Assembly: GCA_965205485.1 (NCBI GenBank)
Contig: OZ242180.1
Coordinates: 1,952,001 to 2,016,000 of the forward strand
Direction of reading: 5' to 3'
Source of the DNA: Candidatus Latescibacterota bacterium
GTDB lineage: Bacteria; Latescibacterota; UBA2968; GCA-2709665
DNA: 64,000 bases
Positions 11,588-21,729 of this stretch are shown in pieces (the first letter of the stretch is position 1; every line of letters starts with the position of its first letter). The translations under genes and the position numbers were made by a program. The notes under the pieces were generated by a model. The model searched no databases, was not told the origin of the DNA, and saw only the letters and a program-made list of their open reading frames with translations.

Positions 11588-12340
11588 GCTGTCAGCTATC
11601 AGCCGTCAGCTGTCAGCAGAAGCGAAACACGAAAGGCAAAGATCAAGAAGCAACCCCTCCACCCAGCTCGGCAGACCTCTCTCCCCGGCCCTCTCTCCCA
11701 CCGGGAGAGAGGGAGGATAAACAGGTTTCGCGTGCCGGTCAACTCTAGACACATTGATCGAAAGGCAATCGCCATCCCGGCACTTCGCAAAACCTGCACA
11801 ACCACCCATCACCGTTCCCCCTTCCTCTCAGGAAGGGGGTTAAGGGGTAGGTCTCGCCCCATCAATGTATTTCACGTCTGGCGACCGGGGGTATGGGGGG
11901 TTTTTCCGTGCTGATCCGTCCAGCGCATTTGCACTGGCACTGCTGAAGGGTTCGTAGGCCACACAAATCCCGTTTATGCCTCCGGAGTGATTCACGGAAA
12001 AACCGGCCCCCTGCCGAAGGGCGCGCTTCTTTTTGGTCCTTTTTCTTCCGCGCATAAGAAAAAGGACGTAAAAAAAAGAAAAATAATGATTTAATTAAAG
12101 AAAATGGGATCTGTCAGTCACAAAAACCATCATTTGTCTTTTTGTCAAATTATGCCTACGGCGTGTTCCTTAAATGCGGGGAGACGTAAGCCGGGAGACG
12201 TTAGAGATTTCCTGCCTTGAGAGGTTTCTTATTGTGCCGGAGGCAAAACGGAAAAAATGTCGGGCATATATGTCTTCTAACGTCTCACCTCTCCCGTCTA
12301 ACCGCATTTCATCTACCGTCTACCGTCTTCCCTCTCCCCG
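11588..12340. repeat. Composite intergenic repeat, copy 2 (with extra CCCCTTCCTCTCAGGAAGGGG module)
   Basis: Similar to 49-605 and 13741-14375; extra module shared with 40519-40570. Confidence 0.85.
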
Positions 12341-12792
12341 CCTTTAGGATGCGTGAGCGCTTCCATCACAGGCCGGATGCCAGGCCCGTATTCGTACGTC
12401 ATCCGGCCCCCGGTATATCCGCTCAGGGCAACGAGTACCGCCGTCGCCGCCACACCCGCGAGATACAGGAAGCGAACGGATCCAGCGAACTTTTGCTTGA
12501 GGATGAGGTGGGTGCGGAGGAGGGCCAGTACGATGGCGAGCCACGTGGCGGCGGTGGAGATGGATTCGTGCTGTTCGAGCGCGGCGGCGATGCCGGGGAT
12601 CCCGGCGGCCGCGTCTTCAGCCGCGTTTCCGGTCAGCGATGCCGCAATCGCCGAAACAGCGCCAAGAACCAGGAGGAGGTATCCGGTGCGGAGAAGCTGG
12701 TCCCTGCGAAACAGAATGCCGGCGGCGTCGCAGAAGAAGCCCACAGTGAGCAGGGCGACGGGAAAGTGGACGATAAACGGATGGTAGTCCAT
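12313..12792 (-). CDS. DUF2231-type membrane protein
   Basis: HPFIVHFPVAL N-terminus, four hydrophobic segments, TGG-MTY-YG C-terminal motif. Confidence 0.8.
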   Translation of the reverse strand: MDYHPFIVHFPVALLTVGFFCDAAGILFRRDQLLRTGYLLLVLGAVSAIAASLTGNAAEDAAAGIPGIAAALEQHESISTAATWLAIVLALLRTHLILKQKFAGSVRFLYLAGVAATAVLVALSGYTGGRMTYEYGPGIRPVMEALTHPKGGEREDGRR

Positions 12793-12822
12793 AGATGGGG
12801 TTGTGAACCGGGACCCGGGCGA

Positions 12823-13611
12823 TCAGCTCCACGCGCCTTTGGCCATCATCCCGCCGTCCACGCAGACGTTTTCGCCGGTCATGAAGGACGCTTTTTCGCT
12901 GGCGAGGAAAAGCACGGCATTCGCGATGTCCTGCGGCATGCCGATCCGGCCGATGGGATGGGACCGGCCCATGCGTTCCCGATGTTCCTTCTCGTCGCCG
13001 CCCATGGCCTGAAGGGCCTCGTCGACCAGCGGTGTGTCGATGGTGCCGGGGTTGACGGCCAGCACGCGCACGTTGTCTTCCGCGTATTCCAGGGCGAGTT
13101 GCCGCGTCAGGGAGAGGATGCCGCCTTTGCTGGCGGCGTAGGCGCAGACGCCCTTGGTGGATTGCAATCCCTGGACGCTGGCCGTGTTGATGATCACGCC
13201 GCCCCCGCGTCTGATCATCTCGGGTACGCAGTGCCGGGTCATCAGGAAGGCGCTCTTGAGGTTGACGTTCAGGATGTCGTCCCACGTTTCTTCTGGCAGT
13301 TCATGGGCGGGCAGGTAGCTGCTGACGGGCTGAACGCCGACGTTGTTGCAGAGGATATCCACGCCGCCCCATTCTGAAACGGCGGTCCGCGCCAGCGCCC
13401 GGCAGGCGTCGTCCCGCGCCACGTCGGCTGCCTGAAACCGGATATGGCCGCGAAGAGAACCGTTTTCCGCCGCCAGGCCTTCCCCGGCCTCCACGTCCAC
13501 GTCGGCGCAGAGTACGCGGGCGCCCTCCCGGGCGAATGCAAGGCAGATACCCCTGCCGATGCCCTTGGCCCCGCCGGTGACGATGACCGCTTTATCCTGA
13601 AATTCCGACAT
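12823..13611 (-). CDS. SDR family oxidoreductase
   Basis: TGGAKGIG, NNVG, YAASK, PGTIDT, VDGG. Confidence 0.92.
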   Translation of the reverse strand: MSEFQDKAVIVTGGAKGIGRGICLAFAREGARVLCADVDVEAGEGLAAENGSLRGHIRFQAADVARDDACRALARTAVSEWGGVDILCNNVGVQPVSSYLPAHELPEETWDDILNVNLKSAFLMTRHCVPEMIRRGGGVIINTASVQGLQSTKGVCAYAASKGGILSLTRQLALEYAEDNVRVLAVNPGTIDTPLVDEALQAMGGDEKEHRERMGRSHPIGRIGMPQDIANAVLFLASEKASFMTGENVCVDGGMMAKGAWS

Positions 13612-13740
13612 GGCGCACTCCTGGTATTGTTCGGTCCGCGTAGACACAGGTGCGACAGGGACAATAAGACAAAGCGGGCGCTGGATGTCAAATGTTAGTG
13701 TTGCGTCCCGCGAACCTCTCCCCCCACGCCTCACACAGAG

Positions 13741-14375
13741 TGATCAGCTGTCAGCCATCAGCTAAAACCAAAGGCGAGAATCAAAGGCAGCTTAAGGCAA
13801 GAACGAAAAGCAAAGTCAAAAGCGACGTCTCCCCACCGCCCCGCAGACCTCTCTCCCCGGCCCTCTCTCCCAAGTGAGAGAGGGAGCAAGGCGAGGTCTC
13901 GCCCTATCAATGCATTTCACAACCGGCGACGGGGGGTACGGGGGGTTTTTCCGTGTTCGTCCGTCCCGCGCATTTGCACTGAAACTGCTGAAGGGTTGGC
14001 AGGCCGCCGGGTTGCATTGGTTCCTTTGAGGTGATTCACGGAAAAACCGGCTCCCCGCCGAGGGGCGCGGTCTTTTTGGTCCTTTTTCTTACGCGTATAA
14101 GAAAAAGGACGTAAAAAAAAGAAAAATAATGATTTATTTCAAAAAATAGAGTCATGCACCAAGCAAAATCCGGCGTTTGCTTTTTTGTTCAAAGTCATGC
14201 CTGCGGCGTGTTTCTTGAAACCGGGAAGACGTGAGACGAAAGAGAGTAGAGATCGCATGCCGTGTAAGGATTCTTCTCATACCGCAGGCTAGTCGGAGGA
14301 ACCTATTGGCAAGGGCTTCTTCTCCCGGCTAACCTCTCCAGGTCTCCCCTCCATTTCTTCTCCCGTCTCCCCGCC
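13741..14375. repeat. Composite intergenic repeat, copy 3
   Basis: Similar to 49-605 and 11588-12340. Confidence 0.85.
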
Positions 14376-14464
14376 TTTAAATGTTTTTGCTGACAGGAAG
14401 CGGTTTTTTTGTTTACTTGTGATGGAAATCATCACTTCGCCATGTTTCTGGAAAAGGAGCAATT

Positions 14465-17239
14465 ATGGATGGGCGTCCGAAGGGATGGATCGTTCTTGGC
14501 GTGCTGGTTGGCGGGTTCTTCGGTATCAGTTTTCTGGTGTCGTACTATACGGACTGGCTCTGGTTCAGGAGCCTGGAATTCGATTCGGTTTTCTGGCGTA
14601 TCATACGCGCCCGCTTCGGATCGGGCATGTTATTCGGCGCGATCGCGGCCGTCGTGGTGGGGGTGAACCTGTGGATTGCCGGAAGGATAACCCAGCGGGC
14701 GCTGCGGGTGGACGGCGAAACCGGAGGCGTCTTGCAGTCCGGAAAAGCCCGGATTCTCATCGCCGCCGTGCTGGTATTCATCCTGGGCAACATCGGCGCC
14801 AGCCAGTGGCCGGTCCTTCTGCGGTACCTCTATGAACAGCCGTTCGGCGCCGTCGATCCGATCTTCAATAAGGAGGTGGGTTTCTATGTGTTCCTGCTTC
14901 CGTTCTACGACTTTCTGTCCGGTTATCTGATTGCGGCGCTGGTGTTGTCGGCGCTCGTGGTCGTGGTGATGTACGTAACCGCGGGCGGCATCGGGATCCG
15001 GGAGGGGCTCGAGGTGGAGGAACGCCCCATGGCCCATCTCTCGGGATTGGGCGGGGTATTCCTCCTCGCGCTGGCGTGGAAGTACCGTCTGAAGATCTAC
15101 GGCCTTCTGTATTCGCAGGGGCGTTTTTTCGGGGCCGGTTACGTGGACGTCAACGTTCAGATCTGGGCGTTCTGGGTGATGGTGATCGTCTTCCTGGCTG
15201 CGGCGGTCTTCCTGTTTCTGAACGTGAGATCGCCCAATTCCCGGCTGCCGCTCAGGGGTGTCGGAGTGCTGGTCGTCGGCACGATCGTCGTGGGGGCGGT
15301 GCCCGCCACGGTGGTGCAGAAGCTCGTGGTGGAGCCGAGCGAACTCCGCCGTGAGGGACCCTATATCAAGTACAATATCGAGGCCACCAACCGGGCATAC
15401 GGTCTGGACCGGATCGTCGAGCAGCCTTTCGAGGCCTCGGAGGACCTGACGCTGGCGGATATTCAGGCGAACCCGCTGACGATGCGAAATATCCGGATCT
15501 GGGACGAACGCCCGCTGAAGCAGACCTACCAGCAGGTGCAGGAAATCCGTCCCTATTACGTATTCCCGAACGTGGACGTGGACCGGTATACAGTGGATGG
15601 CGTATACCGGCAGGTGATGCTGTCCGCCCGGGAACTGGACACCAACCGCCTGCCGTCCCAGGCGAGGAACTGGGTCAACGAGCGTCTGCAGTACACCCAC
15701 GGATACGGGGTGACCATCAGCCCGGTCAACCACGTCACCCCGGAGGGCCTGCCGGCGTTCATGGTCAAGGATATTCCGCCGATTTCGGACCCGGGACTGG
15801 AGGTCGATCGGCCCGAGATCTACTACGGTGAAAGAACCTACGCCTACGTGGCGGTAAAGACGGGAATTCAGGAATTCGACTACCCGAAGGGCGATGAGAA
15901 CCAGTATTCGACGTATGAAGGGACAGGGGGCGTTCCCACGGGCGGCTTCATCAATCGGCTGGCGTTCGCCATACGATTCTGGGACGTAAGCCTCCTGCTG
16001 AGCGGTTACATATTGCCCGATAGCCGCATCATGTTCCGCCGGCAGATCCGGGAGCGGGTCCAGACGCTGGTTCCCTTCCTCATGTACGACACCGATCCCT
16101 ATATCGTGGCGTCCGAAGGGAGGCTCTACTGGATCCAGGATGCGTACACGATTTCCGATATGTATCCGTATTCCACGCGCTCGGGGCGCATGAGGATCAA
16201 CTATATCAGAAACTCAGTGAAGGTGGTGGTCGACGCCTACAACGGCACGGTGACGTTCTATCAGGTGGATGCGGAAGATCCGCTGGTTCGATCTTATGGC
16301 GAGATGTTCCCGGGGGTGTTCCAGCCGATGTCCGCCATGCCGGAAAAACTGAGAGCGCACGTGAGGTATCCGATCGACCTGTTTTACGCACAGGCCTCCA
16401 TGTACCGAAGCTATCACATGGAAGACGTCAACGTCTTCTTCAACCAGGAGGACCTCTGGGAGATCCCGAACGAGATTTACAGCGACCAGCCGCAGCCGAT
16501 GCTTCCTTACTACATCATTGTCAAGCTGCCGGGCGAGAGCCAGGAGGAATTCCTGCTGATGGTGCCGTTCACGCCCGCAAAGAGAGACAATATGATCGCC
16601 TGGCTCGCGGCGCGTTCCGACGGTGAAAACTACGGACACCTGCTGGTGTACAAGCTACCCAAGGACAAGCTCATCTACGGTCCGATGCAGATCGAAGCTC
16701 GGGTGGACCAGCAACCGGAGATCTCAAGCCAGCTGACGCTGTGGGGGCAGCGCGGTTCGGAGGTGATCCGCGGCAACCTGCTGGCGATTCCGGTGGAAAG
16801 TTCGTTTATCTATGTCGAACCCATCTATCTGCAGGCGAGGCAGGAGCCCGACCAGCAGGCGTATGGGCAGGAGGAGGGGATACCCGGGGGTCAGCCACCG
16901 CCGAGGCGGCAGCAGGAACGCAGTACGGCCATTCCGGAGCTGAAGCAGGTGATCGTCGCTTTCGGCGGGCAGGTGGTGATGCGGAATACGTTCGAGGAGG
17001 CGCTGACGGTCCTGTTCGGGGAGGGGGTTGGCGCCACCCTGGCGGAAGACAGGGAGGAAACGCCGGCGACTCAGGTTGCCGTTCAGGCCGGGCGTTCCGC
17101 GGCCGAACTGGCTGCGAAGGCGGATGTACACTACTCGCGCGTGCGAACGGCGCTGCAGCAGTGGGACTGGGAACAGGCGGGCAAGGAGATGAAGGCGCTG
17201 GAGGAGACGATCCGGGCGCTGAAGGAAGAGTTGAAATAG
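14465..17239 (+). CDS. UPF0182 family membrane protein
   Basis: YTDWLWF, DPIFNKEVGFYVF, NIRIWD, YTHGYG, RPEIYYGE, NYIRNSVK, YVEPIYL. Confidence 0.9.
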   Translation: MDGRPKGWIVLGVLVGGFFGISFLVSYYTDWLWFRSLEFDSVFWRIIRARFGSGMLFGAIAAVVVGVNLWIAGRITQRALRVDGETGGVLQSGKARILIAAVLVFILGNIGASQWPVLLRYLYEQPFGAVDPIFNKEVGFYVFLLPFYDFLSGYLIAALVLSALVVVVMYVTAGGIGIREGLEVEERPMAHLSGLGGVFLLALAWKYRLKIYGLLYSQGRFFGAGYVDVNVQIWAFWVMVIVFLAAAVFLFLNVRSPNSRLPLRGVGVLVVGTIVVGAVPATVVQKLVVEPSELRREGPYIKYNIEATNRAYGLDRIVEQPFEASEDLTLADIQANPLTMRNIRIWDERPLKQTYQQVQEIRPYYVFPNVDVDRYTVDGVYRQVMLSARELDTNRLPSQARNWVNERLQYTHGYGVTISPVNHVTPEGLPAFMVKDIPPISDPGLEVDRPEIYYGERTYAYVAVKTGIQEFDYPKGDENQYSTYEGTGGVPTGGFINRLAFAIRFWDVSLLLSGYILPDSRIMFRRQIRERVQTLVPFLMYDTDPYIVASEGRLYWIQDAYTISDMYPYSTRSGRMRINYIRNSVKVVVDAYNGTVTFYQVDAEDPLVRSYGEMFPGVFQPMSAMPEKLRAHVRYPIDLFYAQASMYRSYHMEDVNVFFNQEDLWEIPNEIYSDQPQPMLPYYIIVKLPGESQEEFLLMVPFTPAKRDNMIAWLAARSDGENYGHLLVYKLPKDKLIYGPMQIEARVDQQPEISSQLTLWGQRGSEVIRGNLLAIPVESSFIYVEPIYLQARQEPDQQAYGQEEGIPGGQPPPRRQQERSTAIPELKQVIVAFGGQVVMRNTFEEALTVLFGEGVGATLAEDREETPATQVAVQAGRSAAELAAKADVHYSRVRTALQQWDWEQAGKEMKALEETIRALKEELK

Positions 17240-17254
17240 CAACCCGATGACGCT

Positions 17255-17370
17255 TTTTACCTTGATTCGCGATAATTCGGGGACCTGAATGCCGAAAGTA
17301 TACACAACAACAAAGGCGAATTGACGTTAAAGGTCCCGGATACTTGATGGCACTGGATGTGAACGGGACC
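17255..17370. repeat. Dispersed intergenic repeat (CCTTGATTCG...GGGGACCTGAATG...GCGAATTGACGT), copy 1
   Basis: Second copy at 54121-54222. Confidence 0.7.
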
Positions 17371-17394
17371 TCTCCCCCCGGCGCCCGAAGAGCA

Positions 17395-17522
17395 GGAAGA
17401 CGTGAGACGGAAGACGGTAGAGATGACCTGCCCTATGAGGATTCTTTTCGTGCCGAAGGCAATGAGGAGAAACTTACCGGGCATGGCTTCTTCTCCCGTC
17501 TCACCTCTACCGTCTCCCCGCA
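17395..17522. repeat. Partial composite repeat (GGAAGACGTGAGACGGAAGAC...CCGTCTCACCTCTACCGTCT module)
   Basis: Matches 476-601 and 14224-14370. Confidence 0.75.
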
Positions 17523-17594
17523 TTCAGGCTTTTTGTGGCCATTTTTACGTTTGTCTTTTTTCGAATTGAGGTTAAATCTGTTGAGGGTATGCGG

Positions 17595-18569
17595 ATGACG
17601 GTGAAGGTCGGTTTTATCGGCGCGGGGAATATCTCACGCGGGCATCGCCGGCATTTGAAGCGTATGGACGACGTGGCGGTTGTGGCCGTTTGCGACCTGG
17701 ATCGGGCGAAGGCGGACGAGGCCGCGGCGGAGTGGAATGCCGGCGTTTTCACGGACTACAGGACCATGTTGAACGACGTGGAACTGGATGCGGTATACGT
17801 CTGCGTTCCTCCATTCGCGCACGAGACGCAGGAAATCCTGGCCGCGGAGAAGGGGATCGCGCTTTTCGTCGAGAAACCGGTCTCCCTGCACATGGACACG
17901 GCGCGGGAGGCGGACGCGGCCATTCGGGAACACGGTGTGATTTCCTGCGTGGGCTTCCAGGGTCGCTACCTGGACATTATAGACAAAACGCGGGACCTGC
18001 TTGCGGACCGTCAGGTCGGGCTGGCAATCGGGTACTGGATGGGGGGGTTGCCGGGCGCATACTGGTGGCGGCGGAAGCATTTGTCCGGCGGGCAGGCCGT
18101 GGAGCAGACGGTTCACGTGACGGACATGGCCCGGTATCTCTTCGGCGAGGTGAAAACCGTATTCGCGGGGGGCCGTACGGGGTTGATGACGGATGTGGAG
18201 GACTACGATATCGAAGACGCGAGCGCGGCCACGCTGATTTTCGAGAACGGCACGCTGGCGACGCTTTTTTCGGCCTGTTTCCTGTCGTGCGGCCACCGCG
18301 GCGGGTTGGACATTTACACGAAGGACATGGTCATCGAATACAAAGAGCGAAAATCCATTACGGTTGTGCAGGGGGACCGTTCCGAGCATTTCGAGGTGGG
18401 TAACCCGTACTGGCAGGAAATGGACAACGCCTTTATCGAGGCGGTCCGCACCGGCGACGGATCGAAGCTGCGATGTCCGTACTCGGACGCCGTGAAGACC
18501 CAGCAGGTTGTGGTGGCGGTGAACCGGTCGCTCGAAACCGGCGAACCCGTATCGATTGCGGATGTGTAG
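17595..18569 (+). CDS. Gfo/Idh/MocA family oxidoreductase
   Basis: GFIGAGNI, EKP, GGQAVEQTVH-D. Confidence 0.9.
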   Translation: MTVKVGFIGAGNISRGHRRHLKRMDDVAVVAVCDLDRAKADEAAAEWNAGVFTDYRTMLNDVELDAVYVCVPPFAHETQEILAAEKGIALFVEKPVSLHMDTAREADAAIREHGVISCVGFQGRYLDIIDKTRDLLADRQVGLAIGYWMGGLPGAYWWRRKHLSGGQAVEQTVHVTDMARYLFGEVKTVFAGGRTGLMTDVEDYDIEDASAATLIFENGTLATLFSACFLSCGHRGGLDIYTKDMVIEYKERKSITVVQGDRSEHFEVGNPYWQEMDNAFIEAVRTGDGSKLRCPYSDAVKTQQVVVAVNRSLETGEPVSIADV

Positions 18570-18573
18570 AAAA

Positions 18574-18890
18574 GCTGTCAGCCATCAGCAGTCAGCTAGA
18601 ATCAAAAACAAAAGGCAGGATCAAAACCCACCACTTTTCCCAGCCCCGCAGAACCTGGTAAAACCCACAGGTCACTGCACCGGACACGAGAGTCCGGCAA
18701 CTGAAGGCAATCTCCCCACGTTTACCGCGTGAACCACCAATATCCGGAGCGAGGGCATCCCTGCCCTCGAACCTCGAGGAACCGACCAATCCCACATCAA
18801 TGCCGAATTGCTTCTCTTCCGTCTGAAAACAATTGAAATGGTGGCGCAGAGGCCTATCCTATTCGCCGTGATGCCCTCGCTCCCGGGAAA
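18574..18890. repeat. TCAGC heptamer module followed by a partial MITE-like element containing a REP doublet
   Basis: GCTGTCAGCCATCAGCAGTCAGC; GAGCGAGGGCATCCCTGCCCTCG at 18747-18769 and GATGCCCTCGCTC at 18870-18882. Confidence 0.7.
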
Positions 18891-19101
18891 GGCATTCCTG
18901 GCTACTTCGCCATTGCGATCCGTTCAGCGTCGATCGCGACTTCGAAATGACCTCCCGCGGGTGCGCGACATTCGTTCCTCCGGTCACTTTGCGCGCCTGC
19001 CTGATAGCCGGCTACGGCAGATGGGTTGCCAGAGTATCATTGGCTGCCGGTCTCGCGCAGCTGCGGTTTTGCAGCGCCCCTTTTCTATAGGTTGTAACCC
19101 G

Positions 19102-20667
19102 TCATTTGTAAACTTTCATCTGCCCGGATTTCAACCGGTCCCAGTATTCATTCAGCGTAGCCTTGATGTGCGGGCTGAGGATCACGCCGCCGATGATGTT
19201 CGGGAAGGCCATTCCGAGGATCATCATGTCGGTGAAGTTGAGTACGTTGGTCAGGGCGGTTACGGCGCCCAGGAAGACAAATACAACGAAGATGACGCGG
19301 AACACGAGGATGGTGTCCGTCCCGAAGAGATACTCCCATGCCCGCTCACCGTAATAGGACCACGAGATCATGGTGGAATAGGCGAACAGGACGACGGCGA
19401 TGGCGAGGACGTGCCTGGCGCCCGGGATGAAGGTTTCGAATGCAGCGGCCGTCATCGCGGCGCCGACCGGCTGCCCCTGCTGGGCCTGCCCAAGGAACTG
19501 GGGGTCTGCGTACACGCCCGTGATCAGGCAGACGAGACCAGTCATCAGACAGATGATGATCGTGTCGATGAACGGCCCGATCATCGCGACCATGCCCTCC
19601 CGGGCGGGTTCGTCGGTTCTGGCCGCAGCGTGTGCGAATGCCGCGGATCCGAGGCCTGCTTCATTGGAAAAAGCGGCGCGTCGGATGCCGGTTACCAGCA
19701 CGCCGACGAAACCACCGTAGAGCGCCTGGGGCGAAAAGGCCTGGCCGAAGATGGTGGCCAGCATTTCAGGAATGCGGGTGAAGTTGGTAAGGATGATCAG
19801 AAGGCAGGTGGCGACGTACAGGAGACACATCGTTGGCACGACGCGGGAGGTGACGCGCCCGATTCGCCGGATCCCGCCGATGATTACGACGGCGACCATC
19901 GCGGCGAGAACGATACCGACCAGCCAGTTGTATTCCTTGAAGACCGGGGAAACGGTGCCCAGTATTTCCAGCGTCTGATTGGCCTGGAACATATTGCCGC
20001 CGCCCAGGCTGCCCCCCACGGTCAGAAAGGCGAACATGACCGCAAGGGTGCGTCCGAACTCCCCCATGCCCTTTAGTTTGAGACCGTTCTCAAGGTAATA
20101 CATGGGGCCGCCCGAGACGCGGCCGTCGGGGTGTATCTTCCTGTACATGACCGCCAGGGTGCAGGAGGCAAGCTTGGATGACATGCCGAAGACCGCGGTG
20201 ACGAGCATCCAGAAAATCGCGCCCGGTCCGCCGAGACTTACGGCGATGGCGACTCCGGCGATGTTTCCAAGCCCGACCGTTGCCGAGAGCGCGCTGGTGA
20301 GGGCCTGGAAATGCGAGATTTCCCCGGGATCGTCCGGATTGTCGTAGCGGCCGCGGATGACGTCGATGGAATGGCGGAACCCCTTCAGGGAAATCCATCC
20401 GAAGAAAAACGAATAATAGATGCCGCCCAATAGAAGCACGACGACGATAAGTGGAATCCCGGTGCCGAACGATGCGAAGAGGACCGCTGCCAGAAGTTCG
20501 ACCGTGTTTCCGAAGAGCCTGTCCAGGTCGGTAAGGTTGGACTGTATCCAGCTATTTGCCGAATCACCCGTAGCGGTTTCCTCCGCGCAGGCCATGACGG
20601 GAAAGACGAGCGCCAGGAGCAGGATTGAACCGAGCGTTACAACGGAACGACGATTGACTCTATGCAT
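19102..20667 (-). CDS. Alanine/glycine:cation symporter (AgcS family)
   Basis: ATVGLGNIAGVA, GGPGAIFWM, GGPMYY, FSNEAGLGS. Confidence 0.93.
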   Translation of the reverse strand: MHRVNRRSVVTLGSILLLALVFPVMACAEETATGDSANSWIQSNLTDLDRLFGNTVELLAAVLFASFGTGIPLIVVVLLLGGIYYSFFFGWISLKGFRHSIDVIRGRYDNPDDPGEISHFQALTSALSATVGLGNIAGVAIAVSLGGPGAIFWMLVTAVFGMSSKLASCTLAVMYRKIHPDGRVSGGPMYYLENGLKLKGMGEFGRTLAVMFAFLTVGGSLGGGNMFQANQTLEILGTVSPVFKEYNWLVGIVLAAMVAVVIIGGIRRIGRVTSRVVPTMCLLYVATCLLIILTNFTRIPEMLATIFGQAFSPQALYGGFVGVLVTGIRRAAFSNEAGLGSAAFAHAAARTDEPAREGMVAMIGPFIDTIIICLMTGLVCLITGVYADPQFLGQAQQGQPVGAAMTAAAFETFIPGARHVLAIAVVLFAYSTMISWSYYGERAWEYLFGTDTILVFRVIFVVFVFLGAVTALTNVLNFTDMMILGMAFPNIIGGVILSPHIKATLNEYWDRLKSGQMKVYK

Positions 20668-20815
20668 AGAGACCTTCCTTGCCGTCGGGTTGTGGGATAC
20701 GCAGGTGGTGAACACGGGTTACGTGCGTGAATATGCGGAATACCGCGGGCACAGGCAACAGCAATCCCGCGCGCCCGGACCGCTCGAACGACAGGCGCCT
20801 TTCAGGCCGATCGGC

Positions 20816-21706
20816 TCATTCGCGCCGCCGTTGGACCTCTTCCTGCTTGTCTCCATGCGCGCTTTCGCCGGTGATCCAGCGCAGCCGTTCCTCGTGCGAA
20901 CTCCCGGCGAGCAGGAGATTCTCCTTTGTGACGGACAGACACCTTGAGATTTCCCGGTACCCGCGGATGAAGGTCTCGGCGTAACCGGTGCCGGCCTTCC
21001 ACCCCTGAAATCCCGCGCTTGACTCGATCCGCTTTATTGCGAATTCCGCCGTATGCCCCTGGGATTCGAATAGTTCCTCCGCCTTGATCCGGTTCTGAAC
21101 CTGATCGGAGATATCGATACAGACGTCGACCTCGTGGAACCCGTAGTCGATGCCCGTATAGTAGATGGCGGCCACTCTGTGAGGCGCGCGGCCCAGTTTC
21201 GTGTCCGGGATGGACACGTGGTTGAGCGCCTTTTGAACCGCGATGCCGGCTGCGGTATGGTCGTTCACCCACGCGTAGTGAAAGCGGCGATCGGGAAGGG
21301 TGTAGGGCGCATGGGTCAGGATCATCTGAGGGCGGACGACGTACAGAATATCGGCCAGCGCCGACACCACGTCTTCAGTGGCCTCGAGGGGATGATCGGA
21401 AAACGGCAGCACGGTTACGTCGGTGATGCCGAATACAGCGCACGCCCTGGCGAATTCTTCTGTCTTGCGTCTTGCGTATTCTTCCTGCGATCCGTGAATC
21501 ACGTTCCTGTCCCGCTGGTCGGACGGCTTGCGCAGTTCGTCCGCCAGTTTTTCGTTATGGGTGCGCTGTCCTCCGGTTATCGCCACCACGGAGACGCTGT
21601 CGCCACGATCGACGTGGTGGGCGCACGTGCCCCCCATGTGACACACATCGTGCGGATGGGCCACCACGACCAGGATCTTGAGGCTCTCATCTCCAGCAGG
21701 CAGCAT
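20816..21706 (-). CDS. PIG-L/LmbE family N-deacetylase
   Basis: VVVAHPHD, ITGG, RPQMILTH, NDH, FESQ. Confidence 0.8.
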   Translation of the reverse strand: MLPAGDESLKILVVVAHPHDVCHMGGTCAHHVDRGDSVSVVAITGGQRTHNEKLADELRKPSDQRDRNVIHGSQEEYARRKTEEFARACAVFGITDVTVLPFSDHPLEATEDVVSALADILYVVRPQMILTHAPYTLPDRRFHYAWVNDHTAAGIAVQKALNHVSIPDTKLGRAPHRVAAIYYTGIDYGFHEVDVCIDISDQVQNRIKAEELFESQGHTAEFAIKRIESSAGFQGWKAGTGYAETFIRGYREISRCLSVTKENLLLAGSSHEERLRWITGESAHGDKQEEVQRRRE

Positions 21707-21729
21707 GATGGGTTTCTTCCCTTCGGGAT

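Noticed and set aside
49..14375. Repeats as a CRISPR array
   Set aside because: Copies are kilobases apart and divergent, with no repeat-spacer periodicity and no cas genes
18890..19100. Possible ncRNA in this gap (also 50280-50520)
   Set aside because: Only short hairpins; no recognisable family or second copy
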